DNA of 64,000 nt from Dehalococcoidia bacterium (GTDB lineage: Bacteria; Chloroflexota; Dehalococcoidia; Bin125), in NCBI GenBank assembly GCA_963663235.2, contig CAXXNO010000008.1:96001-160000 (forward strand), in the 5' to 3' direction. Made by a program: the position numbers and the translations under genes. Numbering within the stretch: the stretch's first letter is position 1; each line of letters begins with the position of its first letter. The notes under the pieces are model-generated. The model had not been told where the DNA came from. It was given only the letters and a program-made list of their open reading frames with translations, and did not search any database. Positions 18,843 to 28,440 of the stretch are shown here, piece after piece.

Positions 18843-20315
18843 GTGACCGCATCACAGCGCCACGTGGTGGTGGTCGGTGCCGGCAATGCCGCGTTGTGCG
18901 CGGCTCTCTCGGCGCGCGAGCAGGGCGCTCGCGTTACCGTGCTGGAGAAGGCGCCGCGCGAGGAGCGCGGCGGCAACACGTTCTTCAGCGGCGGCGGCTT
19001 TCGCTTCCCGTACGACGACGTCGACACGATCCGGGAACTGATCCCCGACCTTAGCGATGACGAACTCCGCAGCATCGATGTCGGCGCCTACCCGGCCTCC
19101 CAGTTTTACGCCGACCTTGCTCGTGTCACCGACGGCCTCATCGACCCCGGACTCGCGGACACGCTGGTCCGCCAGGCCTATCCCACCATGCGCTGGCTGC
19201 GGGAACAGGGCGTGCGCTGGGTGCTGATGTACGGCCGGCAGGCGAACCGGGTGGAGGGCAAATTAGTCTTCTACGGGGGGATGGTCGTCGAGGCCGTCGG
19301 CGGTGGCGCTGGCCTCTCGGACGGCTTGTTCGCTGCGGCGGAACGCACTGGCATCGACCTACGCTATGAGGCCAAGGCGAGCGGCTTGCTCCGCGATGGC
19401 CCCCGCGTCGTCGGAGTAATCGTGCGGACCTCCACCGCCGACGAGGAGCTCGCGGCCGACGCCGTCGTGCTGGCTGCGGGCGGCTTTGAGGCCAACGCGG
19501 AGATGCGCGCCCGGTACCTGGGGCCCGGCTGGGATCTGGCCAAGGTGCGCGGCGCTCGCTTCAACACGGGAGACGCCATCCGCGCCGCTATCGATGTCGG
19601 CGCGCAGCCGCACGGCCACTGGTCGGGGGCGCACGCGGTCGCCTGGGACCTCAACGCTCCGCCCACAGGCAACCGCATCGTGGGCGATCTGTACCAAAAG
19701 CACTCGTATCCATACGGCATCATGGTGAACATCGCTGGGGAACGCTTTGTGGATGAGGGAGCGGACCTCCGCAACTACACGTATGCGAAGTACGGTCGCG
19801 CCATTCTGGAGAACCCGCATCGGGTGGCGTTCCAGATCTTTGATCAACAAGCGGTGCCTCTCCTGCGTGACGAATACCGAGTGCGCTACGCCACCAAGGC
19901 GGAAGCGGACACGATCGTCGAGTTGGCCGAGAAGCTCGGCATCGATGCGGGAGGCCTCAGCCGCACCATCGCGACATTCAACGCCGCGTGCCGCCCTGGG
20001 GACTTCCACCCCTCCGCCCTGGACGGCGTGCGGACGCACGGCATCACGCCGCCAAAGTCGAACTGGGCCCGACCGCTCGATACCCCGCCCTTCCTGGGCT
20101 TCACGGTGACGTGCGGGATCACGTTCACCTTCGGCGGTTTGAAGATTGATGCCCGCAGCGCGCAAGTGCTGGACACGGAGGATCGCCTCATCCCTGGCCT
20201 CTACGCCGCGGGCGAACTGGTGGGCGGGCTCTGGTACAACAACTACGCGGGCGGCTCCGGGCTCATGGCGGGCGCGGTCTTTGGCCGGATCGCGGGGCGC
20301 TCGGCGGTGCAGTAG
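18843..20315 (+). CDS. tcuA: FAD-dependent tricarballylate dehydrogenase TcuA/CobZ-family oxidoreductase
   Basis: VVGAGNAA, RGGN, GGFEAN, YPYGIMVN..GERFVDEG, GITFTFGG, GLYAAGE, NY.GGSGL motifs. Confidence 0.82.
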   Translation: MTASQRHVVVVGAGNAALCAALSAREQGARVTVLEKAPREERGGNTFFSGGGFRFPYDDVDTIRELIPDLSDDELRSIDVGAYPASQFYADLARVTDGLIDPGLADTLVRQAYPTMRWLREQGVRWVLMYGRQANRVEGKLVFYGGMVVEAVGGGAGLSDGLFAAAERTGIDLRYEAKASGLLRDGPRVVGVIVRTSTADEELAADAVVLAAGGFEANAEMRARYLGPGWDLAKVRGARFNTGDAIRAAIDVGAQPHGHWSGAHAVAWDLNAPPTGNRIVGDLYQKHSYPYGIMVNIAGERFVDEGADLRNYTYAKYGRAILENPHRVAFQIFDQQAVPLLRDEYRVRYATKAEADTIVELAEKLGIDAGGLSRTIATFNAACRPGDFHPSALDGVRTHGITPPKSNWARPLDTPPFLGFTVTCGITFTFGGLKIDARSAQVLDTEDRLIPGLYAAGELVGGLWYNNYAGGSGLMAGAVFGRIAGRSAVQ

Positions 20316-20374
20316 CGCACGACTAGCCTCGCCCACACTCGATCTCTACTATTCGAGCAGCCCTCGACCTTGAC

Positions 20375-21373
20375 GTGCTGGAGCATCCCATGCAGGTCAC
20401 CCCCAATGTCCGCGTGGTGCAGGTTCCCGAAGAAGAGCCGATGCGCCCGCGCTCCACGAACATCTACCTCGTCGGCACGGACCAGGTCATGTCGATCGAT
20501 TCTGGCGAAGCGATCGATAAGTTCAAGTGGATGCTGCGCGGTTACCTGGCGGCCATCGAGCGCACGGAGATCGCGCTGGCGGGGATTACCCACCACCACT
20601 ACGACCACAGCGGGAACTTGAAGGATCTGCGGGAGGCGCTGCACGCGGATGTCCTGATCCCCGAGGCCGGCATCGATCTCTTGGCGGGCCGGCTCCCGGA
20701 GAACGGGGTGCAGACGATCACCGACGGCAAGGTCATTGACCTCGGCGCGGGGGGGAAACTCCGCGTCATCACCACGCCGGGCCACAGCGTCGATTCCGTC
20801 TGCTACTACTTGGAGGAAGACGGTGTGCTCTTCACGGGCGACACACTGTTGGGCGTCGGCACCACAACGGTCCAGGACCTCGCCGCGTACCGCTCGTCGT
20901 TGCGGACCCTGGTGGAGCTCCCCAACCTGCAGGTCATCTGCCCCGGCCACGGGCCGCTCGTACACGACGCGCGCGAACGGCTCCGCTCTTACATCGATCA
21001 CCGAAACGTGCGAGAAGAGCAGATCCTTCAGATGCTGCAGAGCGGCGGCCCAACGACCAGTTGGGACATCATGCTCAAGCTGTATCCGGATGTTGATAAG
21101 CGGCTGCGGCGGGCGGCGGACGGAAACGTCCGCGCCCATCTGACGCAACTCGAGCACGAAGGGCGAGTCCGCGTGCATCCCGGCAAGGAGCGGAAGGAGA
21201 ACCCGGTCAAGCTGGCAGGAGAGCGCGCCTTGGAGCGGGCGCGGCGCGAGATCGCGACTCGGGGCAGGCGCATCGACGCGCAGGAACGCGGGCGGGCGCT
21301 GGCGCGACAGGAGAGCCCGCCGACCGAGCAGTGGGCGCAGCCCCCGCGCTATGAACTGTCGGGCCAAAACTAA
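20375..21373 (+). CDS. MBL-fold metallo-hydrolase (LACTB2-like) with C-terminal winged helix
   Basis: THHHYDH, TPGHS.D, LFTGD, PGHG, YIDHR..RE.QI motifs. Confidence 0.85.
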   Translation: MLEHPMQVTPNVRVVQVPEEEPMRPRSTNIYLVGTDQVMSIDSGEAIDKFKWMLRGYLAAIERTEIALAGITHHHYDHSGNLKDLREALHADVLIPEAGIDLLAGRLPENGVQTITDGKVIDLGAGGKLRVITTPGHSVDSVCYYLEEDGVLFTGDTLLGVGTTTVQDLAAYRSSLRTLVELPNLQVICPGHGPLVHDARERLRSYIDHRNVREEQILQMLQSGGPTTSWDIMLKLYPDVDKRLRRAADGNVRAHLTQLEHEGRVRVHPGKERKENPVKLAGERALERARREIATRGRRIDAQERGRALARQESPPTEQWAQPPRYELSGQN

Positions 21374-21390
21374 CGCCGCGGTGGACGCGG

Positions 21391-23247
21391 GTGGGAAGCC
21401 GTACGGAGTTGTCCTTGAGGTCGACGAACGCAAACACTGGCTCCGGCAGTTCGATCGATCCAGTGCAGCTTCTCGTTATGGCCAATCGTATTGACGGCAT
21501 CACTCGCGAGATGACAAATACCCTCGTCCGGACCGCCCGGTCCGGAACCCTCGCCTCCCGCGACTTGTCCACCTCCATCTCCACCGCCGCTCATGAGCTC
21601 TTCTCTGCCCCTGAAGGCCTCCCCGTCCACGTCTACGGCTCCGGCCTCCTCTGCGAAGCCATGGCCACGATCCACCCCGACTTCCAGGAAGGCGACGCCT
21701 TTCTCCACAACGACCCCTACCTCGGCAACACCCACGCCGCCGACCACACTATCCTGGTGCCCGTTTTCTATGAGGGCGAGCACGTCTTTACGACCTGCGT
21801 CAAAGCGCACCAAGCGGACATCGGCGACGCCCTTCCGACGACCTACATGCCCAAGGCGGTGGACGTGTACGCCGAGGGCGCCTTGATCTTTCCCTGCGTC
21901 CGTATTCAGGAGCACTACCAAGACATCCCGGACATCATCCGCATGTGCGAGAAACGGATCCGTGTCCCCGAGGTCTGGTACGGCGACTATCTGGCCATGA
22001 TTGCGGCAGCGCGCGTCGGTGAGCAGCGCATCAGAGAATTCTGCGCCAAGTTCGGCCTGAGGACGGTGAAGGCCTTCGTGCGTGAGTGGCTGGACTACTC
22101 GGAGCGCCTCACCGAGGCTGCCATCCGACGCCTCCCTGTCGGCCGCCTTTACGCCCACACGACCTTCGATCCCTTCCCTTTCCTCCCCGAGGGCCTCGAA
22201 CTCCAAGCCACCATCGACGTCGACCCGGCCGCCGGCCACGTCACCGTAGACTTGCGCGACAACGCCGATTGCACTCCCACCGGGCTCAACCTGAGCCGCG
22301 CCACTGCCATGAACGCCGGCATCTCCGGCATCATTACTGTGCTCGACTCGATGCGCGACGTGGAGACCCAGGTCCCCGACAACGCCGGGACCTTCCGCCG
22401 CATCCACGTCCTGCTACGTGAGAACTGCGTCGTCGGCATTCCCGTTCACCCCACCTCCTGCTCCATGGCTACCGGCACGATCGCGTCTCACATCGAGGGC
22501 ATGATCGATGCCGCCTTCGGCCGTCTGGCCGACGGCATCGGCCTGGCGGAGCCGTGCCGGGGACAGGGGCCGCATATCGGCGTCGTGTCCGGCTTCAATC
22601 GGCGCCGCAACGAACCCTACATGCTGCAACTGTTCAGCGGCACCGCCGGCGGTCCCGCCAGTCCCGATACCGACGGCTGGCTCACCTACCAATCCCCTCC
22701 CGCCGCCGGGCTCATGTACATTGATGAGTCCGAGGTGATCGAGCAGAAGTATCCCTTCGTCATCTTCGAGATGCGGGTCCGGCCGGACTCCGAAGGCGCG
22801 GGCCGCCAACGCGGCGCACCCGGCTGCATCTCCGTGTTCGGCCCCCTCTACGACCCGCAGGAGGTCCACTACGCGCTCGATGGAATGGTCAACGTCCCGC
22901 AGGGCGTGCAAGGGGGCGGCGCGGCCCGAGGGCCGGCGGCGCGGCTGATCGACCGCCAGGACGCGACCCACGATCTGCCGGACATCGTTGGCGAACAGCT
23001 GCTGCAAGCCGGAGAGCGCATCATCTCGCTCTCGTCGGGTGGGGGCGGCTACGGCGACCCGCTCACCCGGGCCCCGGACGCCGTTCTCCGTGACGTCATC
23101 GAAGGTTACATCACCCTCGACCGCGCTCGCGATGCTTACGGCGTGTCGATTGAGGGTGACCCTACACGGGTCGAGACGCTCTCGGTTGATGCCGAGACCA
23201 CGCAAGCCCAGCGCGCCGGAGCTACGACTGCTCCCCAACCGTCCTGA
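21391..23247 (+). CDS. Hydantoinase B/oxoprolinase family protein
   Basis: IDPV, RTARS, NDPY.G.TH..D, HQADIG, EG...P, DSEGAG..RG, GGGGYGDP motifs. Start may be TTG 21415. Confidence 0.9.
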   Translation: MGSRTELSLRSTNANTGSGSSIDPVQLLVMANRIDGITREMTNTLVRTARSGTLASRDLSTSISTAAHELFSAPEGLPVHVYGSGLLCEAMATIHPDFQEGDAFLHNDPYLGNTHAADHTILVPVFYEGEHVFTTCVKAHQADIGDALPTTYMPKAVDVYAEGALIFPCVRIQEHYQDIPDIIRMCEKRIRVPEVWYGDYLAMIAAARVGEQRIREFCAKFGLRTVKAFVREWLDYSERLTEAAIRRLPVGRLYAHTTFDPFPFLPEGLELQATIDVDPAAGHVTVDLRDNADCTPTGLNLSRATAMNAGISGIITVLDSMRDVETQVPDNAGTFRRIHVLLRENCVVGIPVHPTSCSMATGTIASHIEGMIDAAFGRLADGIGLAEPCRGQGPHIGVVSGFNRRRNEPYMLQLFSGTAGGPASPDTDGWLTYQSPPAAGLMYIDESEVIEQKYPFVIFEMRVRPDSEGAGRQRGAPGCISVFGPLYDPQEVHYALDGMVNVPQGVQGGGAARGPAARLIDRQDATHDLPDIVGEQLLQAGERIISLSSGGGGYGDPLTRAPDAVLRDVIEGYITLDRARDAYGVSIEGDPTRVETLSVDAETTQAQRAGATTAPQPS

Positions 23248-23271
23248 CGATGTGCTGAGAGGAAGTGGATC

Positions 23272-23673
23272 ATGGCGGAAATGTTGAAGGTCGGACGATC
23301 CGACACCCTGGAGCGCCTGGTCACACCCGAATTGACCGCCGACCGCTTCGGGAACCCCGGTGTGCCGGTCTTTGCTTCACCGGCGCTCATTGGGCTGCTG
23401 GAGGAGACCGCGATCAAGTGCGTCGCTCCAACCCTTGAAGAAGGCCAGGGCACGGTGGGTACGCGGCTGGATGTGCAGCACATGGCGCCGACGCCTGTCG
23501 ACATGAAGGTCACCGCCCGCGCCGAACTGACGGAGGTGGACGGTCGCCGACTCGTTTTCTCAGTGGAAGCGCACGACGAGCGAGAACAGATTGCCAGGGG
23601 CACGCACGAGCGCTTCATCGTCACCTCGATGGAGAAGTTCCTCGCCCGCGCCGCCGAGAAGGGCAACGCTTGA
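23272..23673 (+). CDS. FlK-like hot-dog thioesterase
   Basis: VFASPALIGLLE, TVGT...V.H.APTP, G.HERF motifs. Confidence 0.88.
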   Translation: MAEMLKVGRSDTLERLVTPELTADRFGNPGVPVFASPALIGLLEETAIKCVAPTLEEGQGTVGTRLDVQHMAPTPVDMKVTARAELTEVDGRRLVFSVEAHDEREQIARGTHERFIVTSMEKFLARAAEKGNA

Positions 23674-24653
23674 CGACACGGAACGACGCCGTGCCCGCCG
23701 ACCTGACGCACCGTACCTACGATGTCAACGGCATCCAGATGCACGTGGCAGAACAGGGTGAGGGCCCCGCGGTGATCCTCTGCCACGGCTTCCCGGAGAT
23801 CTGGTACTCCTGGCGCCACCAACTCCCGGCCGTCGCGGACGCGGGTTTCCGCGCCATGGCCCCGGATATGCGTGGCTACGGCCGGACCACCGCCCCACCG
23901 GACTTGGAAGACTATCGCCAAGAGGTCATCTGCGCCGACCTCGTTGCGCTGCTGGATCGCCTGCGGCTGCCTGACGCCGTCTTCGTCGGGCACGATTGGG
24001 GCGGCGTGCTTGTCTGGAACATGGCGCTGCATCACCCTCAGCGTGTCCGGGCCGTGGCTGGGATCAACACCCCCCTCTTCCCGCCGATGCCCGCCAGCTT
24101 CCTGGAGACGATGCGGGAGAATCCGGGCACGTGGGATTACCAGTTTTACTTCCAGGAGCCCGGCATCGCCGAGACCGAGTTGGAACAAGATGTCGGGCGC
24201 ACGTGTCGCCTCATCCTCCGCTCCAGCGATCCAGCCGATGGCTTTGACGTCCTCGCCGGCTTCCACAACGTCCGCGCCCAGGGTGGGGTGCTGATCGGCT
24301 ATCCACAAGACGCGCCGCGCAGCGTCATGTTGAGCGAGGACGATCTGCAGTGCTACGTCGAGCAGTTCCAGAGGACGGGCTTCCGCGGTGGTCTGAACTG
24401 GTACCGCAATCATGATGCCAACTGGGCCTGGGATCAGTCGGTCAAGGAATATGCTGTGCCGCATCCGGCCCTGATGGTGACGGCCGGTCGCGACCCGGTG
24501 CTATCGCCCAAGCTCGCTCGCAAGATGGAGCAGTGGGTTCCCAACCTGACTCGGGGCCATATCGAGCGGTGCGGCCACTGGACTCAGCAGGAGGCGCCGG
24601 ACGAGCTGAACCGCATCTTGATTGAGTGGCTCGGGCGCCTACCGGCGCGGTAG
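23670..24653 (+). CDS. Alpha/beta-fold epoxide hydrolase (EphA-like)
   Basis: HGFPE.WYSWRHQ, APDMRGYG, GHDWG, YQFYFQ, LNWYRN, CGHW.QQE motifs. Confidence 0.9.
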   Translation: MTTRNDAVPADLTHRTYDVNGIQMHVAEQGEGPAVILCHGFPEIWYSWRHQLPAVADAGFRAMAPDMRGYGRTTAPPDLEDYRQEVICADLVALLDRLRLPDAVFVGHDWGGVLVWNMALHHPQRVRAVAGINTPLFPPMPASFLETMRENPGTWDYQFYFQEPGIAETELEQDVGRTCRLILRSSDPADGFDVLAGFHNVRAQGGVLIGYPQDAPRSVMLSEDDLQCYVEQFQRTGFRGGLNWYRNHDANWAWDQSVKEYAVPHPALMVTAGRDPVLSPKLARKMEQWVPNLTRGHIERCGHWTQQEAPDELNRILIEWLGRLPAR

Positions 24654-25460
24654 TTGCTCGCGGGTCTCGTACGCCGCCGCGTCGGTGCCGTTCTCTGGCT
24701 CAAACACCGTGACCTGCCGACGAGCGAAGTCGATCTCGACGTCCACGAAGCTGATGTTGTCGCCCTCGTCCGTCTCCGCCAAGCGGTCTGAGGGATCCAC
24801 GACGATGACGAGCCGGTACAAGCCGTTGAATTCCGCGTGCCCCGCCATGTCATCGACGTCGATCCACTGCTCGCGGAGGACGTAGGGATACGTGTCGCCC
24901 CAGCCCACGGACAGCCCCTGAACATCCTGGTCACACGTGCGGTAGCCACCTTGCGAGGCGGCGCCCTGCTCCCGGTCGATTCGAACTGTGTCCCGGATGC
25001 AGAAGGTCGTCTTCGATATCCGCAGCGGCAGCGCGATGTCCACCGAGCGCGGCTCCAGAATGTAGCGGGCGTATTCGTTAAAGTGAAAATGGTTGTGGCT
25101 CGGGTGCCACGCGACGACACCGCCTCTCCCGGGGACTACGTGGCGCTTGCCCGCCGCCGTGTATGCGATCTGATCGACCAGTTGGATCTCTCCCGTCGGG
25201 CGGCTCGCCTGGACTTCCAGTGGGCCGTCACCATCGTTCCAGGTCGTGGTGGTGAGTCGCAGCACCTCGCGAGTCTCCCCGTTGACCAGGGCCGCGCCGA
25301 AATGGATATCGCTCGCGGGCAGGGCGCGGAGGTTGGGCAGTAGCCAGTCGGAAGCGAATTTCGACTGGGCCGCCGACTCGCCGGCGGCGCTCCACAGTGC
25401 CAGCAGCAGACCGACGACGGCGGACAGCGCCAGCAGCCGTCCGACGGTCGAGTGCCTCAT
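24639..25460 (-). CDS. Secreted lysyl-oxidase-family protein
   Basis: Sec signal peptide (MRHSTVGRLLALSAVVGLLLALWSAA), Cu-binding WHPSHNHFHF, KTTFC.RD, QGLSVGWGDTY, QWID, VDP...LAE.DE.DN. Confidence 0.82.
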   Translation of the reverse strand: MRHSTVGRLLALSAVVGLLLALWSAAGESAAQSKFASDWLLPNLRALPASDIHFGAALVNGETREVLRLTTTTWNDGDGPLEVQASRPTGEIQLVDQIAYTAAGKRHVVPGRGGVVAWHPSHNHFHFNEYARYILEPRSVDIALPLRISKTTFCIRDTVRIDREQGAASQGGYRTCDQDVQGLSVGWGDTYPYVLREQWIDVDDMAGHAEFNGLYRLVIVVDPSDRLAETDEGDNISFVDVEIDFARRQVTVFEPENGTDAAAYETREQLPRR

Positions 25461-25638
25461 CGGTCGCTCCCGTTCTCCGTCGTCCGCGCCTCCCTTTGGC
25501 GGCGATCGGGAAAGCCAGCGTACCGCATGCTGCCGAGCGGAGACATCCGGTCGCTTCAGATCACGAGCTCTCGATTTGCTACATTCTGCGGCGACGGTGC
25601 GCGTCCACCCTATCGGCGCCGCCAAACGGAGCATCGCC

Positions 25639-26460
25639 GTGTCCAAATCTCCCAACGCCGTTCAGGACGCGATCAAAGGTGCGTGGACCCGTGGAGCCCA
25701 CGCGTACGACCACGATGCCGGCCACGGCCTTGCGACGCCAGCCGTCGAGCGCGCCTGGAGCGATGTGCTGGAAGACGCCCTGGACGCCGCCCCACTTGAT
25801 GTCCTGGACGTGGGAACGGGCACCGGCCTCCTGGCCGTCATCGCGGCGAAATTGGGACATCGCGTCACGGGCGTAGATTTCACCCCGGCCATGCTGGAAC
25901 GCGGCGCACACCGTGCGGAGCGCGCTGGCGTGCATGTTGCCTGGTGCGAGGGCGATGGGATGGACCTTCCCTTCCGCCCAGACTCCTTCGACGCGGTCGT
26001 CAGCCGTCACGTCCTGTGGACCCTCACGGATCCAGCCGCCGCTTTCCGTGAGTGGGTCCGTGTCACGCGGCCGGGTGGCCGGGTGGTCTGGTTCGACGGA
26101 CTCTACAGCGGCGGCTGGCAGACCAAGCTGCGGGGTGGGCTGGCGCGCACTCTCCGCTGGCTCCAGCGTCGCCCCGACCACGCCGGCTCCCACGGCTACC
26201 CGGACCATGCTATCGAAGCGCTGCCCCTGCGCGGGATCCGCTCCCCCGAGCCGGTGCGCGCCTTGCTGCACCATCTTGGCATCGACGATGCAACATTCGA
26301 GCACCTCACTGAGGTGCCGCGCGCGGAGCAGCACGGAGAACCGCTGCACAAGCGCGTCGCGGGCGTCGAGCGGCGATACATGGGCACGTTCCACGTCACG
26401 GCGGAACTCAAGCGGCGCTTTGGGCCGTCCTCGGAGCGCGCCGACAGCCCGTCCGACTAA
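25639..26460 (+). CDS. Class I SAM-dependent methyltransferase
   Basis: VLDVGTGTG, LPF..DSFDAVVSRH.LW, RV.RPGG motifs; GTG after GGAG. Confidence 0.88.
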   Translation: MSKSPNAVQDAIKGAWTRGAHAYDHDAGHGLATPAVERAWSDVLEDALDAAPLDVLDVGTGTGLLAVIAAKLGHRVTGVDFTPAMLERGAHRAERAGVHVAWCEGDGMDLPFRPDSFDAVVSRHVLWTLTDPAAAFREWVRVTRPGGRVVWFDGLYSGGWQTKLRGGLARTLRWLQRRPDHAGSHGYPDHAIEALPLRGIRSPEPVRALLHHLGIDDATFEHLTEVPRAEQHGEPLHKRVAGVERRYMGTFHVTAELKRRFGPSSERADSPSD

Positions 26461-26545
26461 AGTCGGAGACCAAAGTCCGCGCTCCGACCGAGCACCAGTT
26501 GCGCCGTTCGGTCGATTAGAGCCGCGCGCCCGCGTGCTATCAAGG
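26452..26545 (+). promoter_or_regulatory. Conserved upstream module copy 1: palindrome TCCGACTAAAGTCGGA + GACCAAAGTC + TGCTATCAAGG
   Basis: Near-identical blocks at the same spacing recur at 28486-28580, upstream of the paralogous gene. Confidence 0.65.
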
Positions 26546-26715
26546 TGTGGGTGCGATACGCGGCACACGGCCCGCCCGAGTGGGACGAGCAGAGGAACAG
26601 ATGGCGATCGCGTTGACCCAATCGCCCGTTGCGGCACGAATCGAACCCGGGCTCAGTTGGATGCAGAGCGGTCGCGGGTCCTGCCCCGCCCTTCGTTGAT
26701 GATTGGTCGGAGACG

Positions 26716-28440
26716 GTGAAGGCAGAAGAACGCAACGTCGACGACCCCTCGATGACGAGGCGTCGCTTCCTGACGCGGGCAGGCAAGGCCGGCGTGGGCC
26801 TCGCATCGCTGGCGGCCGTTGGCCCGGCGATCGCCGCTGCCACGTCGAAGACCACGCAGGCGGCCCACTTGGATGAGCACGCTTGCCGCAATCTCACGGA
26901 CCTAGGGGAGATCATCGCCCGTGTGCCCGCCCCCGTGGGCAACGCCGGCAACCCAGACATCGAGGTCATCCGCGATGGCAACAAGCCCCCCGCCGGCAAC
27001 GCCGACCCTTGGGGCCAGTACGATACCTTCGACGGCGCCGACCGTGCCGCCGAGGACTGGATCGGCTACGCCTACCCCTCGGCCCACACCTTCCATCAGG
27101 TAGTCTTCCAGGAAGGGCTGCACTTCGACGACGGCGGCTGGTTCGAGTCGCTCACGGTGCAAGTCCGCCGGAGCGGGACCTGGGCGCCAGTGCGTGGTCT
27201 GTCCATCTCCCCGGCCTATCCCTTTGCCAACGATGGAGTCTCCTACGAGACCTACACGCTGACGTTCGATGAGATCGCCGGCGACGGCATCCGCATCTTC
27301 GGCGCCCCCGGCGGCGCCGCTGACTTCATCTCCGTGGGTGAGCTGGAGATCTTCGGCGACTGCGATGGCCTACCGTCCGGCGACTCCACGTCACCGGCAT
27401 CACAGGGATGCACGAACTTGACCCACGATGGAGAGATCATCGCCCGCGTGACTTCTCCCACCGGCGGCGGCAACCGCAACATCGAGGTGATCCGAGATAG
27501 CGACTTCCCGTCCGTCGGCAGCAGCGACTCCTCGCGCCAATACGACACCTTCGACGGCCGCAACAGCGCCGCCGAAGATTGGATCGGCTACGCGTACCCC
27601 TCGGAGCAGACCTTCAACCACGTCATCTTCCAGGAAGGGCTGCACTTCTGGAACGGCGGCTGGTTCGAGTCGCTCACGGTGCAGGTCCGCCAGGGCGGGA
27701 CCTGGGTGCCGGTGCGTGGCCTGTCCATCTCCCCGGCCTACCCCTTCGCCGACAACGGCGTCTCGTTTGAGACCTATAGTCTTGCGTTCAACGCAATCGC
27801 CGGCGACGGCATCCGCATCATCGGCGCTCCCGGCGGCAGCGCCGGCTTCATCTCCGTTGGGGAGCTGGAGGTCTTCTCGGGCGACTGCTGGCAGCCGAGC
27901 GACCACTCGCCCACTAACCATTCGCAGAGCAACCAATCGCGGAGGCTCATCCACGAACCCCTCGCCGTTCCATACCGCGTGGCTGGGCCGTTTGCCTCGG
28001 TCGTGTCCGGCCGGTTGCATCGCGGCGTCGACCTTCTCGTCGGGGAGAACAGCGGGCTGCTTGCGACACTGGCTGGCGCAGCGCGCGCTCACGTCTCACC
28101 GACGACGAGCGGCGGCGAATCCAAATGGCTGGAACTCGACGCGAAGATTCGTCGGATCATCAAGATCGGGGACAACGAGTTCGTTCGCACCGAACCCGTC
28201 GAGATTCGCTATTACCACCTCAACGACTGGGTCGGGGACTTCCCTCGCGACGTCGTGCAAGGGGAGGTGATCGGCCTCTCCGGGGCGGGCGGCCTTCTTG
28301 ATGTGCCCCATTGCCACTTCGAGGTGTGGACCCGCCGATTTGGACAGATGGTGCCAACGGACCCGTATACCCTCCATCCTGAATGGCCCCGCGGCGAACA
28401 CACGTATCTCACCGCTGATGGGCGTTCGTACGATGACTGA
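26716..28440 (+). CDS. Tat-exported protein: two Cys-bracketed discoidin/galactose-binding-like domains plus C-terminal M23 peptidase
   Basis: TRRRFL Tat motif; repeats at 26884-27363 and 27409-27888; M23 motifs HRGVD, YYHL, PHCHFEV, DP. Confidence 0.8.
   Translation: MKAEERNVDDPSMTRRRFLTRAGKAGVGLASLAAVGPAIAAATSKTTQAAHLDEHACRNLTDLGEIIARVPAPVGNAGNPDIEVIRDGNKPPAGNADPWGQYDTFDGADRAAEDWIGYAYPSAHTFHQVVFQEGLHFDDGGWFESLTVQVRRSGTWAPVRGLSISPAYPFANDGVSYETYTLTFDEIAGDGIRIFGAPGGAADFISVGELEIFGDCDGLPSGDSTSPASQGCTNLTHDGEIIARVTSPTGGGNRNIEVIRDSDFPSVGSSDSSRQYDTFDGRNSAAEDWIGYAYPSEQTFNHVIFQEGLHFWNGGWFESLTVQVRQGGTWVPVRGLSISPAYPFADNGVSFETYSLAFNAIAGDGIRIIGAPGGSAGFISVGELEVFSGDCWQPSDHSPTNHSQSNQSRRLIHEPLAVPYRVAGPFASVVSGRLHRGVDLLVGENSGLLATLAGAARAHVSPTTSGGESKWLELDAKIRRIIKIGDNEFVRTEPVEIRYYHLNDWVGDFPRDVVQGEVIGLSGAGGLLDVPHCHFEVWTRRFGQMVPTDPYTLHPEWPRGEHTYLTADGRSYDD

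Noticed and set aside
21500-22750. C-rich strand bias in the hydantoinase B gene as a sign of horizontal transfer
   Set aside because: Visual impression only; explainable by a preference for C-ending codons, with no boundaries or mobility genes.
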